A program made the position numbers and the translations under genes. From Candidatus Aminicenantes bacterium (lineage in GTDB: Bacteria > Acidobacteriota > Aminicenantia > Aminicenantales > JAFGBC01), in NCBI GenBank assembly GCA_963702005.1, contig OY969696.1, positions 2,880,001 to 2,944,000 of the forward strand: 64,000 nucleotides of DNA, written 5' to 3'. The notes beneath the pieces are model-generated. The model did not search any database and was not told where the DNA came from. It worked only from the letters and a program-made list of their open reading frames with translations. This document shows, in pieces, positions 1 through 10,381 of this stretch. Every line of letters begins with the position of its first letter. The stretch's first letter is position 1.

Positions 1-312
1 TTCGCCTTCCACTATTTCTTCATGAGGAAGTTCTGGCTCGTCTACAAGGCCAAGGCCGTGCTCGCCTTCCCGGGAGGGTTCGGGACCCTCGACGAGTTCT
101 TCGAGATTATGACCCTCCTCCAGACGAGCAAGATCTCCAAGAAGGAGCTTACCCTCATCCTCTACGGAGAGGATTATTGGCGCAAGGTCCTTCATCTCGA
201 CGTCCTGGTCGAGAATGGGGCCATCTGCGCCGAGGACCTGAAGCTGTTCTCCTTTTGCAGCTCTCCCGACGAGGCGTTCGCCCTCTTGAAAAAAAAGCTC
301 AAGGCCCCATGA
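1..312 (+). CDS. LOG family protein (lysine decarboxylase-like/nucleotide phosphoribohydrolase), 5'-partial
   Basis: Frame is open from base 1 (FAFHYFFMRKFW...); hallmark PGGFGTLDE motif. Confidence 0.9.
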   Translation, partial: FAFHYFFMRKFWLVYKAKAVLAFPGGFGTLDEFFEIMTLLQTSKISKKELTLILYGEDYWRKVLHLDVLVENGAICAEDLKLFSFCSSPDEAFALLKKKLKAP

Positions 313-413
313 ACAAGCCGGCTCTCCGGACCGCCCGGATTATCTGTTGGACCTTGTCAACGGCCGTCATCACCGTCAAGTAGACGGCCGAGGCGGCAGC
401 GTCCCGCTCGGCC

Positions 414-1709
414 TTAACGGGCCGGGGCGAGCGGTGACTGCGGGCCGCCCGTCAACCCCAAGGCGAACAGGGACCGCGTTCCCCCGCTCCCCGAGAAGTA
501 AATCATCCCGTTGGCGACGGCGACTTGGGTCGTCGCGTCGGCCTCGTGGCCCAGCGCGTAGCGGAACAGCCGTTTCTTGTTCGTTTCGCTGATGGCGTAG
601 AGATTTGTGTCGGACAGGAAATAAACGACCCCGTTGGCGACGGTCGGGCTGAGGATGGCGTCGTAGCCTTGATACCTCCAGACCTGGGCGCCGTTCTTGA
701 CGTTGTAGGCGTACAGGTAAGGATCGGTCGGAACGTAGATGACGTTTTTGACCGGATTGCAGGCGACGGCCCCGGTGATGTTCGAGGTCGTAAAGACCTT
801 CTGCCAGATGGCCTGGGGGGAGGTGATGTTATAGACGCAGAGAATGCACTTGATAGTCTCCGAATATCCGAACCCATTGACGTAAACGACAATGAGATTA
901 TCGTTGCAGATCGCAAAGCTCTGAATGTCCCAGCCCATGTCCGTCGTCGGCCGGGTGTAGTACAGCTCGACCTTTTTGGAGGCGGAGTTTATCCGGGCGA
1001 GCTTATCCATATCCATGTGGTTGACTTCAACGACGCCCCTGGCAAAGATCCAAGCTCCCTTGAGGAGGACATAATCCCCAATGAAGGGGACGCCGCCCAT
1101 GGTTTTGCTTTTATACCAGAGGACCTTCCCCGACTTCCGATGCAGGGCGTAGAGCTTCCCCTCACTGCCGTAAGAGCCCTCGATGATGTAGACGATATTC
1201 CTCGTCTCGTCCACGGCCGGAATGACCTTGGACAGAGAGGAGATGTTAAAGCTGATCGGCGCCTGCCAGATTTTTTTCCCTGACGAAGCCTTGAGGCCGT
1301 AGAGGGAAGAGGGGTTGTTTCCGGCCAGATAGATCAAGGTTCCGTCGGTCGTGATCACGGGCTGGGAAGCCGAATAATTCTCGGAGATATCCGACTGCCA
1401 GACGAAGTCCCCCGTCTCCGCGTCATAAGCGGACAGATTCTGTCCCTGGGCCGTCGTGAAGAGCCTGTTGTTGTAGACGGCGGGCGATCCGTAGATGGAC
1501 CTGGACCAGCCTTCTTCTCCGATACTCCAAGCGAGTTTCAACTTCTTGACGTTCTGAGTCGTGATCGTCTTCTCGAGCGCGGCGTAGCTTGTCAGCTGAT
1601 CATCGTAGCCGAAATGCGGCCAGTTGAGGGCGGGAATCGCCGCCCGGCCGGCCAGGATCAGAATCAAACACAAACCGGCGGTGATGGAAAGGGATTTGAT
1701 AACCTTCAT
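414..1709 (-). CDS. Secreted PQQ-binding-like (BamB-like) beta-propeller protein
   Basis: Signal peptide, WPHFGYD..., LKLAW, SPAVYNNRLF, AYDAETGDFVW and SPTVANGVVY repeats; AGGAGG RBS. Confidence 0.8.
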   Translation of the reverse strand: MKVIKSLSITAGLCLILILAGRAAIPALNWPHFGYDDQLTSYAALEKTITTQNVKKLKLAWSIGEEGWSRSIYGSPAVYNNRLFTTAQGQNLSAYDAETGDFVWQSDISENYSASQPVITTDGTLIYLAGNNPSSLYGLKASSGKKIWQAPISFNISSLSKVIPAVDETRNIVYIIEGSYGSEGKLYALHRKSGKVLWYKSKTMGGVPFIGDYVLLKGAWIFARGVVEVNHMDMDKLARINSASKKVELYYTRPTTDMGWDIQSFAICNDNLIVVYVNGFGYSETIKCILCVYNITSPQAIWQKVFTTSNITGAVACNPVKNVIYVPTDPYLYAYNVKNGAQVWRYQGYDAILSPTVANGVVYFLSDTNLYAISETNKKRLFRYALGHEADATTQVAVANGMIYFSGSGGTRSLFALGLTGGPQSPLAPAR

Positions 1710-1907
1710 TCTTCTCCTCCTTTAAAAGCCCGAACCGATTGCCGGGCCGGCGGACGACGCCACTCCCCAGGACGCAGCGCTACCCCCCGGACCTGCTAAA
1801 GCGTTTATATAATATATTGTCCGGACTTTCGTCAACCTTTTTTTAGGGAGGGGCGAAATCTTGTCGCGGGGCAAGAAAAGACATTATAATATCGCCAAGG
1901 TTTGCCC

Positions 1908-2582
1908 ATGAAATGGCCACCCCGGATCAGCGATCGCGGCCGCAGACCGGCCGCGCTCTGGCCGGCCGTTCTTCTCATCGTCAGCGCCTGCGCCTGCACC
2001 CGGATCCGGGCCGACCTGAGCGAACCGGCGTCCCGGGGCGGCCACGCCATGACCGGCCTGGCCTCCTGGTACGGGCCCGATTTTCACGGCCGACCGACCT
2101 CGAGCAAAGAGATCTTCGACATGAACGACATGACGGCGGCCCACCGGAGCCTCCCCTTCGGGACTTGGGTCCTGGTCACGAATCTCGACAACGGCCGGAG
2201 CGTCGCCGTCCGCATTAACGACCGCGGCCCGTTCGTGGCGGGCCGGATCATCGATCTCTCCTATGCGGCGGCCCGGATGCTGGGCGCCGTCGGCCCGGGC
2301 ACGGTTCCGGTCCGGCTCGAGCTCCTCGACCAGAGCGCCCCTCCCCCGCTCGCCGGACGCTTCGCCGTCCAGGTCGGGTCGTTCGCCGCCAAGGACAACG
2401 CGGAACGATTGAGGGAGAAATTGTCCGGACGGTTCGGCGAGGTCGACGTCTCGGCCTTCGCCGGCGCCGAACGGACCTACTACCGCGTCCGGATCGGAGC
2501 CCGGACCCGCGACGAGGCCGAGGCCCTCGCCCGCCGACTCTCCGACGCCGGCTACCCCGTTATGATCATTGAGGGAAATTGA
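1908..2582 (+). CDS. rlpA: Septal ring lytic transglycosylase RlpA with C-terminal SPOR domain
   Basis: GLASWYG..FHGRPTS, TAAHRSLPFGT, VRINDRGPF, IIDLSYAAA; SPOR-like AVQVGSF. Confidence 0.92.
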   Translation: MKWPPRISDRGRRPAALWPAVLLIVSACACTRIRADLSEPASRGGHAMTGLASWYGPDFHGRPTSSKEIFDMNDMTAAHRSLPFGTWVLVTNLDNGRSVAVRINDRGPFVAGRIIDLSYAAARMLGAVGPGTVPVRLELLDQSAPPPLAGRFAVQVGSFAAKDNAERLREKLSGRFGEVDVSAFAGAERTYYRVRIGARTRDEAEALARRLSDAGYPVMIIEGN

Positions 2583-2629
2583 CTCCGGAGGTCCAAGCTT
2601 CAACCGACACCGTTGTTAAGAGGAGACAA

Positions 2630-2922
2630 ATGAAAAAACTGATCGCCCTCGTCTTCCTGGGAATCCCCCTTGTCTTATCCCTGGCCTGCGTCGTCTCGGG
2701 GCCCCGCGTCGCTCCCCCCCGCCGCCCAATGAGATCGTCCCGGCTCGCCCCCACCCCGAATACGTCTGGACCTCAGGCTACTGGCGCTGGACGGGAGGAC
2801 GCTACGTATGGATCGCCGGCAGCTGGGTCAAACCGAGGCACGGCTACACGTGGGTTCCTGGCCACTGGGAGCCTCGGGGCCCGCGTTGGATCTGGAGGCC
2901 CGCTCACTGGCGGAGGTTCTGA
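2630..2922 (+). CDS. YXWGXW-repeat lipoprotein-like protein, frameshifted at a C7 run (2714-2720)
   Basis: AGGAG RBS + MKKLIALVFLGIPLVLSLAC; adding one C gives PPPPPNEIVPARPHPEYVWTSGYWRWTGGRYVWIAGSWVKPRHGYTWVPGHWEPRGPRWIWRPAHWRRF*. Confidence 0.8.
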
Positions 2923-3043
2923 GTCGAATCGGGGATCAATCCCCCGCGGGCCCGGCCTCATCCTGAAAACGACCGTGGCTTCGCCGTCCACGCTGGATTG
3001 GTCGGGATGATAGGTTAATTGCGCGGTTATACGGACCCCCATT

Positions 3044-4117
3044 CTATTCTTTCTGCTTGTAAAGATAGGCGCCCTCGACGAGCCTGTTCTTAGCGCCGTC
3101 GTTCACGGCGTACTTATGCCCGCTCCAGATCGAGGCCGAGCCGTACTCGCCGTTCTTGGCGAGGGCGTAAAAGCTGAGCCCGAAGTTGGGGAGGCCGTCG
3201 GCGTCGAGGAGGTGGGGCTGATAGCCCGTCGTCTTGACGATCCGCTTGAGGGCCTCGAAGCAGGCCTGTTCGGGCGTCAGGCCCTGGCGCATGAACTCGA
3301 CGACCGTGAAGCTCCCGCAGTTGAGGATGTTGGCTTCACCCCGCCCCGTCGAGCCGGCCGCGCCGACCTCGTTGTCGAGGTAGAGGCCGGCTCCGATGAT
3401 GGGCGAATCTCCGACCCGGCCCGGGAGCTTGAAGGCCAGCCCGCTCGTCGTCGTGACGCCGGCCAGATCGCCCTTGGCGTCGAGGGCGACGCAGTTGATG
3501 GTGCCGTAGGAGGCGACGTAGGGCTTGAGCTCGTCGGCGATTTTATCGGACTTGGGCGGGAACCAGTTGTCGCGGTCCGAGAGGGTCTCCTTCCATTTGA
3601 GCCAGATTTCGCGGGACTTGTCGGTCAGGAGGTTTTCCTCCGGAAAGCCGTGGGCCTTGGCGAAGCGCAGGGCCCCCTCGCCGACCAGGAGGGCGTGATC
3701 GGTCCGCTCCATGACGAGCCGGGCGACCTTGGACGGATTCTTGATGTTCCGGAGGGCCGCGACCGCGCCCGCCGTGTGGGTCGGCCCGTACATGACCGAG
3801 GCGTCGAGCTCGACGACGCCGTCCTCGTTGGGGAGGCCTCCGTAGCCGACCGAAGTGTCGTTGGGATCATCTTCGATGATAGCGACGCCGGCGATGACCG
3901 CGTCGAGCGGGTTCGCGCCCTGGCGGAGAAGATCCATGGCCTTGGCGGTGGCCGGAATCCCGTTTCCGCTCGCGACGACGATCAATTTCTTTCCGGCCGC
4001 CGCCGGCTCTGCCGCCTTTTTAATCTGCCCTCCCGACACAACGCCCGGAACGGCCAGCAGGGAGGCGGCGCCGACGCCCGCTTTCAGAAAATCCCGTCTC
4101 GAAACCGCTCGTTTCAT
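3044..4117 (-). CDS. N(4)-(beta-N-acetylglucosaminyl)-L-asparaginase / Ntn-hydrolase, Tat-exported
   Basis: SRRDFLK Tat motif; SVGYGGLPN, ELDASVM, GTINCVA, TTTSGLAFKLPGRVGDSPIIGAG. Confidence 0.88.
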   Translation of the reverse strand: MKRAVSRRDFLKAGVGAASLLAVPGVVSGGQIKKAAEPAAAGKKLIVVASGNGIPATAKAMDLLRQGANPLDAVIAGVAIIEDDPNDTSVGYGGLPNEDGVVELDASVMYGPTHTAGAVAALRNIKNPSKVARLVMERTDHALLVGEGALRFAKAHGFPEENLLTDKSREIWLKWKETLSDRDNWFPPKSDKIADELKPYVASYGTINCVALDAKGDLAGVTTTSGLAFKLPGRVGDSPIIGAGLYLDNEVGAAGSTGRGEANILNCGSFTVVEFMRQGLTPEQACFEALKRIVKTTGYQPHLLDADGLPNFGLSFYALAKNGEYGSASIWSGHKYAVNDGAKNRLVEGAYLYKQKE

Positions 4118-4171
4118 TCCGACCTCCTCAAGATTTGGTATGGACTAGGACTCTATTTTCAAGGCCGCCCG

Positions 4172-6538
4172 TCATTCCTCGGACTCGAGGAGGAGCAACA
4201 GGACGGCGTGATCCCCATCCGGGACCTCGAATTCGGCGGTCTTCCCCTCGAAGATTTCTTTCTCGCTGCCGTCGATCGAGAGCTGGTACTTGCCCTTTTT
4301 GAGGAGCTCGATCGTGACCTCGCGGGCTTCCAGGGATTTGATTTCGAAAGAGACCTCTCCTTCCGAGTACAGGAAATGGCGGAAGACGGCCCCGCCGTCC
4401 GCCTCGAGGATGTCCCGGCCTTCTTCCTGAAGCAGGGTCCCGGACTTGGAGACGGTGACGTCGTAGCGTCGGCCTTGGATTGAGACCCGGCTCAGGCGGC
4501 CCTTCCGGGCCGGGTCGAGGATGCCGAAGCGAAAACCGTCCCAGGGCGTGAAGTCCAGGTATTCCTCGAGGGCCGTCAGCGCGAAGAGCGGGCCCCGGAC
4601 GGCGAAGCGGTCCCCTCCGGCGTCGCCGCTCCGGGCGTCGAAGGACTCGGGGCTGAGCTGGAAGTTCTGCCAGTTCCTCAAGAAGAGGGTCGCGCTCTTG
4701 TCCGCGAAGTCGGAGGCGGCGGCGTCGAAGCCGTAGGCCTTGAGGCCCTGATAGACGAGATAGTTGGCGACGGGCTGGATCGTGCCGCGCCAAGCGCCTT
4801 GATCCTTGAAGGCGATGTCGTCGCGGGAGACGGTCGGGAGGACCGATTCCCCCCAAAATTCGCGGGGATTGAGAAGATGCTTGAGCATCCGCAGGGCCCG
4901 CTTCTGGTCGGGAATCTTGGCCAGGAGCGGCAAGAAGCTCGAAGCGGCCTTGCGCGTCGAGAAACGGCCGTCCCAATAGCGGTCGAAGTAGAGCCCGTCT
5001 CGTTCGTTCCAGAGCTGGCGGTCGACGAGCTCTTTGACCTTCTCGTACTCGGCGAGGTAATCCTCGTAGTCTTGCTTGATGTTGAGGACGTTCGCCATCT
5101 GGGACAGGCACCAGGCATCCAGGGCGTACAGACAGTTGAGGTCGAGGCAGTTCACGGTTAGTGTCCCGGCCTCCTCGCTGAACAGGGCGTTGTCCCAGAG
5201 GGGGGAATCGGGCTGGCCCGACTCGATGCCGGCCCTCGCCTTGGGGTCGATCGATTCCTCCCAAGGCGGCAGCTTTCGGGGCAGGAGCTCCAGATTGGCG
5301 CCCCACTCGAGAAGGCCGTCGTTGTTCCCGTCCCGGTTCAAGGAGCCGTTCGGCCTGCGCAGCCTCCAGAAGGCATGCCATTTCTGGAGGCTGGGATAGG
5401 CGGCGCGCAAGAAGTCCATGTCGCCGACCTTTTCGAAAAGTTTAAGGACGAGGTAGGAGCCGACCGGAGGCTGGGAACGGTCCGGCGTCCCCGCCCCAGA
5501 GGCGGCGCGCCAATGGGGAAGGCAGCCGTTCGGGTATTGAGTGCCCAGCGCGGCCAGGGCGATGTCCGTGGCCAGCCGCGAACTCTCGACCGAAGCCAGC
5601 AGGGCATGAAAGAGCGACTCGAGGGGAAACATCGTCCAGAATTCCGTCCCGCCATCGGAGCGGGGCGCTCTGCGCAGCCGGGTCGCCGGCGTAAAAAAGC
5701 GTCGGCTGCTCGGCTCGAAAAGGGTATTCCAGAAGACGGTGTTGACGACGGATTCGGGCACGCCCCGGTAAGGCCCTTCGAGTTGAGTCCGGTTCTGCGC
5801 GTAGCGGACCTCCTCCTCGCCGAGGATGGTCTCGATCGTTTTCGCGTTCCTGTAGCGGTAGAGATGATTCTTAAGAATGCGGGCGTCCTCGCCGATGCCT
5901 GCCGCGAAATAGAGGTCGCGGCCTCTTCCCATCGAGAAGGCGACGACCGCTTCGCCGGCCTCGCCGGACCCGAGCGACTCGCCCTTGCGGTCGGTCCACA
6001 GAAAATAGTACTGCCGTTTGGGGTCCGCTATCTGCCCCTGGACCTCGCCCTCCGGTCCGATCGCATAGCCGCCCTTGAGTCCCCAGGGGAAGTAATGGAC
6101 GAGATGGACCTCGACCTTCTTGGGACAGACGATCCGGCCGATGACGGTCCGTTCGTCCTGGCGCGACCATTCGAGGACGAGCGTCTCGGCGCGCGGCGAG
6201 GGCTTGATCAAGACGGGCGTCTCCCCCGTCTTGTGGTAGGGCAAGCCGAGGTCGACCCGGAGCCGGGCGTACTGTCCGTCCGGGGAATGAGGTCCGACCT
6301 CGGAGACCAGGTAATGGAAATCGGCTGCGTCGGCCTGGTCGTAATCGCGCTGGACGCGGATCCGGAAGGCGAAAGCCGCCTCCTTGGTGGGGGCGAAGAC
6401 GAGGCCGGTCCAGACGGGGGCGTCGAGGGCTCCGATGGCAACGTCCTTCCAGGGATAATAGACCTCGGCACGGAGGATGGACAGGCAGAGAACGGCGGCC
6501 GCGAGGAGGGCGAGCATCAAGCGCCGACGTCTCATCAT
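4172..6538 (-). CDS. Secreted GH63/MGH1-like (alpha/alpha)6 glycoside hydrolase
   Basis: Signal peptide; DRSQPPVG, RDGNNDGLLEWG, ESG..DSP, LWNERDGLYFD, WRG motifs; TTGATT-17-TAGATT upstream supports a start at 6538. Confidence 0.75.
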   Translation of the reverse strand: MMRRRRLMLALLAAAVLCLSILRAEVYYPWKDVAIGALDAPVWTGLVFAPTKEAAFAFRIRVQRDYDQADAADFHYLVSEVGPHSPDGQYARLRVDLGLPYHKTGETPVLIKPSPRAETLVLEWSRQDERTVIGRIVCPKKVEVHLVHYFPWGLKGGYAIGPEGEVQGQIADPKRQYYFLWTDRKGESLGSGEAGEAVVAFSMGRGRDLYFAAGIGEDARILKNHLYRYRNAKTIETILGEEEVRYAQNRTQLEGPYRGVPESVVNTVFWNTLFEPSSRRFFTPATRLRRAPRSDGGTEFWTMFPLESLFHALLASVESSRLATDIALAALGTQYPNGCLPHWRAASGAGTPDRSQPPVGSYLVLKLFEKVGDMDFLRAAYPSLQKWHAFWRLRRPNGSLNRDGNNDGLLEWGANLELLPRKLPPWEESIDPKARAGIESGQPDSPLWDNALFSEEAGTLTVNCLDLNCLYALDAWCLSQMANVLNIKQDYEDYLAEYEKVKELVDRQLWNERDGLYFDRYWDGRFSTRKAASSFLPLLAKIPDQKRALRMLKHLLNPREFWGESVLPTVSRDDIAFKDQGAWRGTIQPVANYLVYQGLKAYGFDAAASDFADKSATLFLRNWQNFQLSPESFDARSGDAGGDRFAVRGPLFALTALEEYLDFTPWDGFRFGILDPARKGRLSRVSIQGRRYDVTVSKSGTLLQEEGRDILEADGGAVFRHFLYSEGEVSFEIKSLEAREVTIELLKKGKYQLSIDGSEKEIFEGKTAEFEVPDGDHAVLLLLLESEE

Positions 6539-6707
6539 AAAGATAACCGCTTGCCAGGTTTGAACGATTCCTAATCTAAGACAAACGGCGGCTAAAATCA
6601 ACCGACCGGTCCCGGCACGGCATTATCCGAAGATTGAAGAGCAGCCGCCGCCGTGATATATTGCGGTCCATGACGTTCGGATCAAGCCGATCCGACAGGA
6701 GGCGTCC

Positions 6708-9152
6708 ATGAAATGGGTCCGGGCCGTCATGTCTCTCCTTATATCCGCGTTTATCTTCTGGGGGCTCAACCAGCGCCACGGGATGGTCCCGCCGGCCGGA
6801 AAGCTCCTCAACCCCTTCGCCGGATTCTGGCTCGCCAACGACCGCGTCGATCATCCGCCCGAGAAGCTCGCCCTGCCGGGGCTCGAGTCCGAGGTCCGGG
6901 TCGCCTGGGACGACCGCCTTGTCCCCCACATCTTCGCCTCCAATGACCACGACCTCTATTTCGCCCAAGGCTACATTACGGCCCGGGACAGGCTGTGGCA
7001 GATGGAGTTCCAATCCCTCTACGCGGCCGGACGACTCTCCGAAGTCATCGGCCCGCTCGGCCTGGAAGCAGACCGATTCAACCGCCGCTACGGCATGGTC
7101 TGGGCGGCCGAGAACACGGTCCGCGCCCTGGAGAGCGATCCGGCCGCGATGAGAATCATCGACGCTTATACGGCCGGCATCAACGCCTTCATCCGGACGC
7201 TCGGGCGCCGATCCTATCCGGTCGAATATAAAATTCTCGACTACCAACCCGAGGCCTGGACACCCCTCAAGTGCGCCCTGCTCCTCAAGTACATGGCCTT
7301 CGACCTTTGCGGCTACTATCTGGATCCCGGCCTGACCGAAATGAGGAAGGGCTTGGGCGAAGCCTACGTCGACCGGCTTTTCCCCTATGACGAGCCCCTC
7401 GTCGACCCCATCATCCCGCCCGGGACGAAGTGGGAGTTCACTCCTCTTCCCGCGCCGCCCCCGCCCCCGGAGACTTGGGCCGCCGCCCCGGGACAGGCCG
7501 CAGCCGTCCCGGCGCCCGAGGAGCCCAAATCCGACCAAGGAAGCAACAATTGGGCCGTAGCGGGGACGCGGACTCAGAGCGGCTTCCCCATCCTGTGCAA
7601 CGACCCTCATCTCCAGTTGACCCTGCCCTCGATCTGGTACGAGATCCAGCTCAACGCGCCGGGCGTCAACTGTGCGGGCGTGTCCCTTCCCGGCTCGCCC
7701 TTCGTCGTTATCGGCCACAACGAGCGGATCGCCTGGGGCTTTACCAACGCCGGCTCGGATGTCCTCGATTGGTACGCGATCCGCTTCAAGGACAAGACGC
7801 GCTCCGAATACTGGTACGACGGCGCTTGGCGCAAGACCTTGAAGCGGACCGAGACGATCAAGGTCCGGGGCGGACAGGATGTCGCCCTGACTCTGATCTT
7901 CACCCAGCACGGCCCCGTCGTGCGCCTCGAGGGGGAGCCGCCCTTCAGCCAAAGAGACGTTCCGGCCGAAGCCTCCCTCCGCTGGCTGGCCCACGATCCC
8001 TCCAACGAGATCGGGACTCTCTACGCCCTCAACCGGGCGGGCGGCTATGACGAGTGGCTCAAGGCTATCGCCGGCTGGGACTGTCCGGCCCAGAACTTCA
8101 TCTACGCCGACGCGGCGGGGACGATCGCCATCCGGCACAACGGAAAATACCCGCTCCGCTGGAAAGGCCAAGGCCGCTATATCCTCGACGGCTCGAATCC
8201 CGCCCATGTCTGGCAGGGATGGATTCCGCGTGACGACGTCCCGGCCGTCAAGAATCCCGAGCGGGGGTTCGTGAGCTCGGCCAACCAGAAACCCGCCGAC
8301 GCGAGCTATCCTTATTATATCGGGTCGGACTACGCGCCGTTCGAACGGGGCGCCCGCATCAACCGGCTCCTTTCGGGAATGACAAACGTCACTTCCCAGG
8401 ATATGATCCGAATGCAGAGCGACGCTTTCAACCTGCGGGCCCGGACGGTTCTGCCTGCGCTCCTTCCCCACCTCCGGAGAAGCGACCTCAGCCAGGCCGA
8501 ACGGAAATGCCTGGACGAGCTAGAATCCTGGAATGACGAGAACCTGGCCGGCCTGATCGCGCCGACCGTGTTCGCCCAATTTTGGTCCGAGTTCAACGCC
8601 AAAACTTGGAACGACGAAAAAAGGGAGCCGATGAGAACGATGACCTGGCCCAACAGCCACATCCTCATCGACCTCATCCTCAACCATCCCGACGACCCGG
8701 TCTTCGACGATCGAACGACACCGGGAAAGGAATCCCTGGCCGACATCGCCTTCCTGGCCTTCCGGTCCGCCGTCGAGGAGCTCGTGAAGACGCTCGGCCC
8801 GCCCGGCCCGGCCTGGACCTGGGGCCGCTGGAAGGGGACCGACATCGGCCACCTGGGGCGGATTCCCGGCTTCGGCCGGATGGGGCTCGAGACGAACGGC
8901 GGCAGCGCCATCATCAACGCCTCGGGAAGGACCAGCGGGCCTTCCTGGCGGATGGTCGTCGAGTTGGGCCGCGAGGTCAAGGCCTGGGGAATCATCCCGG
9001 GCGGCCAGTCCGGCCATCCGGGTTCCCGATTCTACGACAACGGAGTCGACGATTGGGTCGCCGGTAAAATCTACGAGCTCGTCTTTCTGAAATCTCCGGA
9101 TGAGCCCAACGACAGGATCGTCGCCCGGACGACGCTGGGAGGCCAGAAATGA
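6708..9152 (+). CDS. Penicillin acylase family (S45) Ntn-hydrolase
   Basis: FAQGYITARDRLWQME, GSNNWAV (nucleophile Ser), NDPHL, QNFIYAD, SANQ, PGGQSG. Confidence 0.92.
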   Translation: MKWVRAVMSLLISAFIFWGLNQRHGMVPPAGKLLNPFAGFWLANDRVDHPPEKLALPGLESEVRVAWDDRLVPHIFASNDHDLYFAQGYITARDRLWQMEFQSLYAAGRLSEVIGPLGLEADRFNRRYGMVWAAENTVRALESDPAAMRIIDAYTAGINAFIRTLGRRSYPVEYKILDYQPEAWTPLKCALLLKYMAFDLCGYYLDPGLTEMRKGLGEAYVDRLFPYDEPLVDPIIPPGTKWEFTPLPAPPPPPETWAAAPGQAAAVPAPEEPKSDQGSNNWAVAGTRTQSGFPILCNDPHLQLTLPSIWYEIQLNAPGVNCAGVSLPGSPFVVIGHNERIAWGFTNAGSDVLDWYAIRFKDKTRSEYWYDGAWRKTLKRTETIKVRGGQDVALTLIFTQHGPVVRLEGEPPFSQRDVPAEASLRWLAHDPSNEIGTLYALNRAGGYDEWLKAIAGWDCPAQNFIYADAAGTIAIRHNGKYPLRWKGQGRYILDGSNPAHVWQGWIPRDDVPAVKNPERGFVSSANQKPADASYPYYIGSDYAPFERGARINRLLSGMTNVTSQDMIRMQSDAFNLRARTVLPALLPHLRRSDLSQAERKCLDELESWNDENLAGLIAPTVFAQFWSEFNAKTWNDEKREPMRTMTWPNSHILIDLILNHPDDPVFDDRTTPGKESLADIAFLAFRSAVEELVKTLGPPGPAWTWGRWKGTDIGHLGRIPGFGRMGLETNGGSAIINASGRTSGPSWRMVVELGREVKAWGIIPGGQSGHPGSRFYDNGVDDWVAGKIYELVFLKSPDEPNDRIVARTTLGGQK

Positions 9153-9508
9153 TCGCCGTCGTCGTTTGTCTGATCGGCATGCTCGTTCTCCAAGTCGTCA
9201 CGCCTTACTGGTGGTGGGCCATGCTCGTCCCCTTCGCCTACGGCGTCGCGGGCGCCGGGCCGCCGAGAAAAGCGCTCGGCACGGGATTCGCCTCGGCAGG
9301 GCTCCTCTGGCTGGGGGGGAGCGTCTATTATTTTCTGACCGGAAGCCGGACGATCGCGCAGCGCACGGCGAATATGATCGGGCTCGGGAATCCTTGGCTT
9401 TTGATCCTGGCGACGGGCCTCATCGCGGCCGTGGCCGCCGCCGTCTCGGCCTACGCCGGCTACGCCGTCAAGACGCTCCTGAAGCGCCGTCCCGCCGGGA
9501 AGGAATAA
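9149..9508 (+). CDS. Small integral membrane protein coupled to the acylase
   Basis: ATGA overlap with the acylase stop; about 4 hydrophobic segments. Confidence 0.75.
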   Translation: MIAVVVCLIGMLVLQVVTPYWWWAMLVPFAYGVAGAGPPRKALGTGFASAGLLWLGGSVYYFLTGSRTIAQRTANMIGLGNPWLLILATGLIAAVAAAVSAYAGYAVKTLLKRRPAGKE

Positions 9509-9515
9509 ACCGACC

Positions 9516-10370
9516 TCACTCTTCGGCGAAATGGGAGTACTTGACCTTGACGTCCCGGCCGTTCGTTTCCACCGTCACGTGGTAATGCTCGTCGGTCCGG
9601 AAGACGGTCCGGTCCAGCCTCTGAAAAAGGTCGACGACCTCTTTATGGGGATGGTGGAAGGGCCGGATATGGCTGCTGATTCCCAGGAGAGCCCCGCCGG
9701 GACAATTATCGACCCAGGGGGTCGTATGGGCCGGCTCCAGGAAAGTCCCGTTCACGGAGCCGTGGTGGGGGACCTTGAAAAACCGGGTGTCGGCGGGCAA
9801 CGCTCCGATTTTTTGCCAGACCTCCCCTTCGGCGTCCCCGGTCAGAAGGAACGTCACCTGGTCCAAGGTGAGGGCCAGGACGACCGAATTGTTGTTTTCG
9901 TTCACCGCGTCGATGTTCTCCTCGCCCTGGCTATAAGGCGGCCAGAGGAATCGTCCCGTCGCCGGCCCGAAGGCGGGAAAGTCCTTGTCCGAGTTCACGG
10001 CCTCGTGGAAGCCGACGTTGTCGGAACGGTTGGCGAAGCGGATGAGCTCGGACAGGCCGCCCGGGGCGATGGTCTTCGGATACCAAAACGCTTTCGTCCC
10101 GTACTCCCTCATGATCTTCTTCAGCCCGTCGCCGTGATCGGCGTGGAAGTGGGTCAGGATGACGAAATCGAAGACCGGCTTGTCCTCGGGCAGCTGGACC
10201 TGCGAGCGTTCGAAGTACCGCTTCAGAAAAATGAACGATGAGCAAATATTCTCCTGGTCGTTGGAGTCGATCAGCCCGTAGCGGGGCCGGGGGGCGCCCT
10301 CGGTTTCGGCCTCGATAAAGATCGAATCCCCCCAGCCGACGTCGATCAGGGTCACCTTGAGCGTATTCAT
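9516..10370 (-). CDS. Cytoplasmic ComEC/Rec2-type metallo-beta-lactamase-fold hydrolase
   Basis: DVGWGDS, THFHADH, NNNSVV, LTGDAE, KVPHHGS, HPH motifs; no signal peptide or TM segment. Confidence 0.85.
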   Translation of the reverse strand: MNTLKVTLIDVGWGDSIFIEAETEGAPRPRYGLIDSNDQENICSSFIFLKRYFERSQVQLPEDKPVFDFVILTHFHADHGDGLKKIMREYGTKAFWYPKTIAPGGLSELIRFANRSDNVGFHEAVNSDKDFPAFGPATGRFLWPPYSQGEENIDAVNENNNSVVLALTLDQVTFLLTGDAEGEVWQKIGALPADTRFFKVPHHGSVNGTFLEPAHTTPWVDNCPGGALLGISSHIRPFHHPHKEVVDLFQRLDRTVFRTDEHYHVTVETNGRDVKVKYSHFAEE

Positions 10371-10381
10371 CGTCCCGCTCC

